Shown here: positions 59,513-64,000 of the stretch, piece after piece
Numbering within the stretch: the stretch's first letter is position 1
Layout of the letters: every line of letters starts with the position of its first letter
Assembly (NCBI GenBank): GCA_963760395.1
Contig: CAVXCX010000020.1
Coordinates: 87,345 to 151,344, forward strand
From: an uncultured Gammaproteobacteria bacterium
GTDB lineage: Bacteria; Pseudomonadota; Gammaproteobacteria; Steroidobacterales; Woeseiaceae
DNA: 64,000 nucleotides
Reading direction: 5' to 3'
Made by a program: the position numbers and the translations under genes
Notes under the pieces: model-generated
The model's database searches: none
Seen by the model: the letters and a program-made list of their open reading frames with translations, nothing else
What the model was told of the DNA's origin: nothing

Positions 59513-60058
59513 ATGACGATCATATCTTTGTGGCTGCCAATTCTGGTGTCGGCGGTCGTCGTTTATGTAGCCGGTGCCGCGATCTGGATGGCGATGCCAT
59601 GGCATAAGAAGGAATGGCACAAGACAGCGGACGAAGAGGCCGTCAGGGCTGCGCTCAAAGGCTGTCCGGCCGGTATGTATACGATTCCAAACGTATGCGA
59701 TCAGGCGGATTTCAAGAAGCCCGAAGTGCAGCAGAAATTTGTCGACGGGCCGACGGCATTCATCACCGTAGTGCCCTCCGGGTTGCCGAAGATGGGCGGC
59801 AAGCTTGTCATGATGTTTGCGTACAACCTGGTTGTTGCCATTGTTTGTGCGTACATGGTTAGTCGCACTTTGCCGGCGGATGCCGATTATCTCGCAGTTT
59901 TCAGGATCAGCGGCACGGTCGCTTTTATTGCGTATGGCATGGCCTACATCCAGGAGAGTATCTGGTTCGGCCGGAGGTGGTCGTCGACGCTACTCACGTT
60001 TTTCGATGCGTTGATTTACGCGGTTCTTACTGGCGGCATTTTTGGCTGGCTGGTGTAA
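59513..60058 (+). CDS. Membrane protein of unknown function
   Basis: 181-aa ORF with about four hydrophobic segments. GGGGG/AGAAGG purine-rich Shine-Dalgarno region upstream. Confidence 0.55.
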   Translation: MTIISLWLPILVSAVVVYVAGAAIWMAMPWHKKEWHKTADEEAVRAALKGCPAGMYTIPNVCDQADFKKPEVQQKFVDGPTAFITVVPSGLPKMGGKLVMMFAYNLVVAIVCAYMVSRTLPADADYLAVFRISGTVAFIAYGMAYIQESIWFGRRWSSTLLTFFDALIYAVLTGGIFGWLV

Positions 60059-60099
60059 GCCGACAGGGCCCCTTAGCCTTACTCGGTCGAAGCCTTTGT

Positions 60100-60354
60100 T
60101 CAGTCAAATTCGTGGACCTCGAAACGCGCCGGGCGCGTCAGAACCGTCATGCGCCGGATTCGATCGACACGAATCGACTCATCGCCGGCGGACGTCGTGA
60201 TTATCAGGAACTCCTGACCGTCGCGAGCCTCGAGGCCTGCCGCTACGCCTGACATCGTCTCACTCTCCAGCCGTAATTCGACGTTGTAGCGATCCATACA
60301 GGCTATTTCCAGAAAATCATAGGCGCTGCAATCGATGGGTCGGTATGTTTTCAT
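60100..60354 (-). CDS. rof: Rho-binding antiterminator Rof
   Basis: 84-aa ORF. TYRPIDCSAYDFLEIAC...EFLIITTSAGDESIRVDRI aligns along its whole length with E. coli Rof/YaeO as I recall it. Confidence 0.8.
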   Translation of the reverse strand: MKTYRPIDCSAYDFLEIACMDRYNVELRLESETMSGVAAGLEARDGQEFLIITTSAGDESIRVDRIRRMTVLTRPARFEVHEFD

Positions 60355-60420
60355 CCGGCGTAATTAGGGTCAGCATCACGGCGAGGGTCAGGAAACTCAC
60401 AGCAGCGTGGCTTCCTTGAA

Positions 60421-61107
60421 TTAGACCTTGAGGTAGTTCTGTATTTTGTAGCGACCGCTCCTGGCAAGCAACTCCTGCTGCTCGAAGTCACCGAGCCGCT
60501 CGCGGGGTAGCTCCGTCTCCATACGACGGCGCAGCCGAAGAAGATTGCCCTGGGCGTCGCGCAGCGATGCGCTCACCAATTCGCGCGTACTGCTGCTACC
60601 CGCAATGGCAATGAAGCACTTCATTTCGAAGTAGCGGGCAAAGGTATTCTCATACTGCTGCACCAGGCGAGTACTTGTTTCGTTGTGCATTACATCAACG
60701 ATGTGGTGCGTCGAAATACCGCTAGAAAAAGCGAACATGTACTGGCGATGTTCCACAAGAATGGCGTCATTAAGGTCCATGGTTGAGTGAAACAAGCGAA
60801 ACAGCTGCTCTCGTTGCTCGCTACTGACCGGGTGTGTCTGCAGGTAATTGAAAAAAGCGCGCCGATGCACGAGCTGCATGTTGGCCTTGCGCAGCGCGAG
60901 AATCTGGTACTTCCCGGCATTTTGTTCTGCCATTGGAACCAGGAGATTGGCGTGGCGCACCTCCCACTCGCGATACTTCTGAGAGTCGTCGATGACCGTG
61001 CTGGCGATGCGTGACTCACGCGGCTGATCGGACTTCGCGGCGTCCTGCAACGCATATTCCGAGGCGTCCATCAGTTTTTTGTGCCTGTTGGAGTTGTAGC
61101 GCGCCAT
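60421..61107 (-). CDS. Hypothetical protein, no recognisable domain
   Basis: 228-aa ORF with a coding-like composition. It lies upstream of rof on the same strand. Confidence 0.5.
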   Translation of the reverse strand: MARYNSNRHKKLMDASEYALQDAAKSDQPRESRIASTVIDDSQKYREWEVRHANLLVPMAEQNAGKYQILALRKANMQLVHRRAFFNYLQTHPVSSEQREQLFRLFHSTMDLNDAILVEHRQYMFAFSSGISTHHIVDVMHNETSTRLVQQYENTFARYFEMKCFIAIAGSSSTRELVSASLRDAQGNLLRLRRRMETELPRERLGDFEQQELLARSGRYKIQNYLKV

Positions 61108-61382
61108 TATTGTTTTGCTCTGGATGTCGTGGTCGTTAAGACCACAGCTTATGTCGAATTAGCTGTGTTCTCAAGCCCAGAAAAGCCAACATTCTAGTTT
61201 TGGCATTACGTAATACTTCTTAAAGACGTTGAAGGTGGGCAGGCATAGGATTCACCTGCCGAAAAAGACCCAACGTTCGTGTTGGTACCGTCTGGCATAT
61301 CCGTCTATGTCGGTCGCTTGAGAGATAGCGAACCGGTTCGATCGTTGGAAACGTAGTCAAAACGATTGTGGAGGCGGGTTTA

Positions 61383-63520
61383 ATGTTTATGAATCGTGTA
61401 CGTGGCAAGAGAGCATTGCTCTCTATGTCGACGGCAGTACTTTTTGTATCTTACGGAAATGCGCTGCCCTATGAATCGCCAGTTCATGTTTTTTCTATCA
61501 ACGATGTAATGGGAGGTTTTGACGGCAGTACCTTCGGACCCATTAATGAAACAGGCGCCGCTAGCCAGGACAGCAATATTATTTGTGACCTTGGCACCAT
61601 GGCCTGTCCCTTTGATAATCAACCCTTTCTCGACAAGTCGGGAGTGATGCTGTATCCCGTCGATAGCGAATTTGGATTCTACGTGGTGGATTTCCTGGGT
61701 GCAGAAGGCAAAATCAGGGACGGCGATTACATGGAAGGTTTTGTTGGCAACATCGAGGACGCCGGTGTTCAGATCGGCATCCAGGTTTCCAATGCGCCAA
61801 CCCTTAAATACAAGGTCAAGCCGCCATTGGGTACCTGGTGTCAGGGACTCGGCGGGACATCGGTCAAATGCGAGACCGAGCACTACTCAGTCATGGAACA
61901 TGTGCTCAGCTGCCATGAGACCATTCCCTATTCTTTTGCTGACCCGGTCACCGGAGAACAGGCTACTCTGTCAACACCCGGTGGCAATCTTACTTTTAAC
62001 TGTCTCAATGCGCCGCTGGATGACAACACACTGGTGCTGGTCGACGGTTCCCCAACCGTACGTCTGACCGACGCGACACCCTGTGAGGATCTCGCTGATC
62101 CGCTAGGCTGCCAGATGTTCCCCAATGACAAGACGGACATGCAGAACGATATTGCCCTGAGTTCAGACTATTCGGTCCAGCTGAAGGACGACGGCAAACC
62201 GCTGTATGGCTGGGGTGGTACACACAAACGACCTAATGACGTGCGCATGTACGCCAAGCTGGAACTGCCTGACGAATGGAAAGCTGAGATGGTGCCGATG
62301 ATTTGACGTCACTCAGGGCAGAGCTCGTGGTCAATCACTGGATTACTAACAACCCGAACGATCAGCTGCGCCCGGAAGATTTGGAAAATGAGGCCGCTAC
62401 GGGACGTAAACCTTCCTACAGGATAGAGGGTACGCCAGGCGGTGATGATGAAGTGTGGAAGTCCACGATCGCCTGCTACGAAGGTGACGGTGACCTGATC
62501 GATACCGAGGAGGGTGCTAACGACCGACCTTTATCGGCGTCGGAACGTATCTGAAGAACATGCCGTTTGCGCTTGACCCGGACGTGATATGCCCGGTGAT
62601 CTTGCCAGAGGATGCGCCTTCGCGTTTTCATCAGACCTGGTCAGGAGGCTTTCACCAATGCCTTTTACACCACGATTAACCGCGATCCGTTCGAGTGGTC
62701 CTACGATGCTAACCCGGATCCGCTGGTGCAGGACTTCGTCGGCAGCGCATTCCCTGATGACACGCTGGGAGAGCTGATTTCCGGGCCACGCTGGAGGCTG
62801 AAACCCAACAAGTTTGGTCAGGATCTGCCGGGGCTGGAAATCCCGCTGGTTGAATGCAGCGCGCCGCCGTTCAAGAGCGACAACATCAAGTACGTGGTAG
62901 GCACACCGGTGACCACGGTGATTAACCTGCTTGATTGGGATGATTCTGAAGGCCCATCACCACTTGCTACCAGCAAGGGCTGGGTTGACGTAACGGCAAA
63001 TGAGTTCGTCACCGTCGTTGATGAAATCAATGGGATACCGATTACCAGCAATGGCCTGCCAATGAGCAGTGACTTTGACCTCGCGGTTTATGTCAAGGGT
63101 GATGCTAAGTCGACGGCCGTATATAACGCCAAGCTCATCATCGAATACGAAGGTGAGGATCCGGTGGTACCGACCGATTTCGATCTGGCGATTACGTCAC
63201 TCAACGTGCCGGCACGAATTGGACTTGGCGTTGCAGGCATAGTCGAGCTCACCGTAGAAAACTTCGGCCCGGCGGATGCTAGCGGCACGGTCACTCTGAC
63301 CGGTGTTTCCAACCGCGGTGACGTGTTCTCATTTGATGGGGCTATTTCCTCGTTGACTGAGGGACAGGATGTCGAATTTGAATGGGCATGGATAGCACCG
63401 AGTGGTAGACCACAGACGGTTCAATGGACGGCTACGGTTACTGAAACCGTCGTCGATGGAGACGACACCAATCCGTTGAATGATACCGCCGTCGCGAGCA
63501 CGAAGGTACGACGGAACTAG
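61383..63520 (+). pseudogene. Large secreted Cys-rich protein with a C-terminal CARDB-like domain, interrupted by at least three frame changes
   Basis: GGAGG lies 8 nt before ATG 61383, followed by a signal peptide (..VSYGNA/LP). Sense continues across frames at about 62288-62303, 62520-62535 and 62630-62645. The C-terminal part DLAITSLNVPARIGLGVAGIVELTVENFG...DTNPLNDTAV is CARDB-like. Confidence 0.6.
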
Positions 63521-63619
63521 GGGAGGGTACCTGGTCCGATTTCGGTTCAGTCAAGGTGAGCGCGCCCGTCCGGCGCGTTCACCGGGCTGGATCGTCAAGT
63601 CCGGGAATGGATAAATACC

Positions 63620-64000
63620 ATGCATGGAATAAAACTGAGCACTGCTCTTCCCGCGACCGTCGCACTATTGCTGCTGCCACTTTGGGCAGCTGCTGGCGAT
63701 CCGGTGTCCGTCGAGCAATCAGAAGCGGCAAAAGACGCAGCGGTCGAACCGGAGGTGCAGAAAGAAATGGAGGCACAGGCAACGGGGCCCGGATTTCCTG
63801 GCCATCGTGGCACTGGTGGCAGCGACTATCCGCAGCATCGGCAATATAGCGATCCGCTGCTCGCGGAGACTTCGCCGCAGCGAACGGCCAGACCCGTACC
63901 ACCACCCCCTGCTGGCGCGAACCCAAGAAGCGCTCTGTTGCACGCAGCTGCATTTGGGGATCTGGATGAAACGAGAACCTTACTTGAGTCCGGCGCGTCC
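63620..64000 (+). CDS. Secreted ankyrin-repeat protein, N-terminal 127 codons; runs off the window
   Basis: Hand-translated: MHGIKLSTALPATVALLLLPLWAAAGDP... (signal peptide), then a Pro-rich linker, then ALLHAAAFGDLDETRTLLESGAS (ankyrin repeat start). Confidence 0.55.
   Translation, partial: MHGIKLSTALPATVALLLLPLWAAAGDPVSVEQSEAAKDAAVEPEVQKEMEAQATGPGFPGHRGTGGSDYPQHRQYSDPLLAETSPQRTARPVPPPPAGANPRSALLHAAAFGDLDETRTLLESGAS

Noticed and set aside
62589-62777. 62-aa ORF between the fragments of the CARDB-protein gene
   Set aside because: It is an out-of-frame reading of the same disrupted gene. The sense frames were traced by hand and this ORF is not one of them.
1-64000. Search for CRISPR arrays, transposases/IS ends, integrases, prophage genes, toxin-antitoxin pairs and known defence-system genes
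   Set aside because: No direct-repeat arrays, terminal inverted repeats or recombinase-like ORFs were seen. Apart from 12.2-12.8 kb there is no marked compositional island. The window looks like stable core chromosome with a mildly accessory right end.

Overview
This is a 64-kb chromosomal segment with gammaproteobacterial-type gene order; that lineage call is an inference from synteny only. About 90% of it is coding, and most of that is core metabolism.

Gene content, in order:
- hisB'-hisC-hisD-hisG, preceded by a YerC/TrpR-like regulator gene.
- A SAM-I riboswitch in front of a Cys/Met-family PLP enzyme gene and metX.
- leuB-leuD-leuC-leuA-ilvC, with an attenuator-like leader upstream.
- A TonB2/Ttp-type energy-transduction cluster (DUF3450, TtpC-like, ExbB, 2x ExbD, TonB, TPR protein).
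- Ferredoxin, acyl-CoA dehydrogenase, peroxiredoxin, etfBA, a sulfurtransferase, a CoA-transferase and an aminotransferase.
- An AddB-like/AddA-like nuclease-helicase pair.
- gspG-N of a type II secretion system, divergently adjacent to a rhombosortase.
- fabD-fabG-acpP-fabF-pabB-pabC-mltG-tmk-holB-pilZ.
- A dual-cNMP/rhodanese protein, a FadJ-like enzyme, an EEP-family protein and glpQ.
- A more accessory-looking right end (51.6-64 kb).

No rRNA, tRNA, CRISPR array, transposase, integrase or recognisable defence system was seen.

The best candidate for something undescribed is the operon at 53.2-56.1 kb. It encodes a TlpA-like thioredoxin, a DUF4266 lipoprotein ending in GGGGCGCN, a DUF3570 protein that looks like an outer-membrane barrel, and an ApbE flavin transferase. 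The DUF3570 protein carries a canonical ApbE flavinylation motif (DGLTGAT). An orphan MbnP/MbnH copper-protein pair lies directly downstream.

One quality caveat applies to the whole window. At least six, possibly eight, frame disruptions fall inside otherwise intact-looking genes. This suggests either indel sequencing errors or ongoing pseudogenisation.
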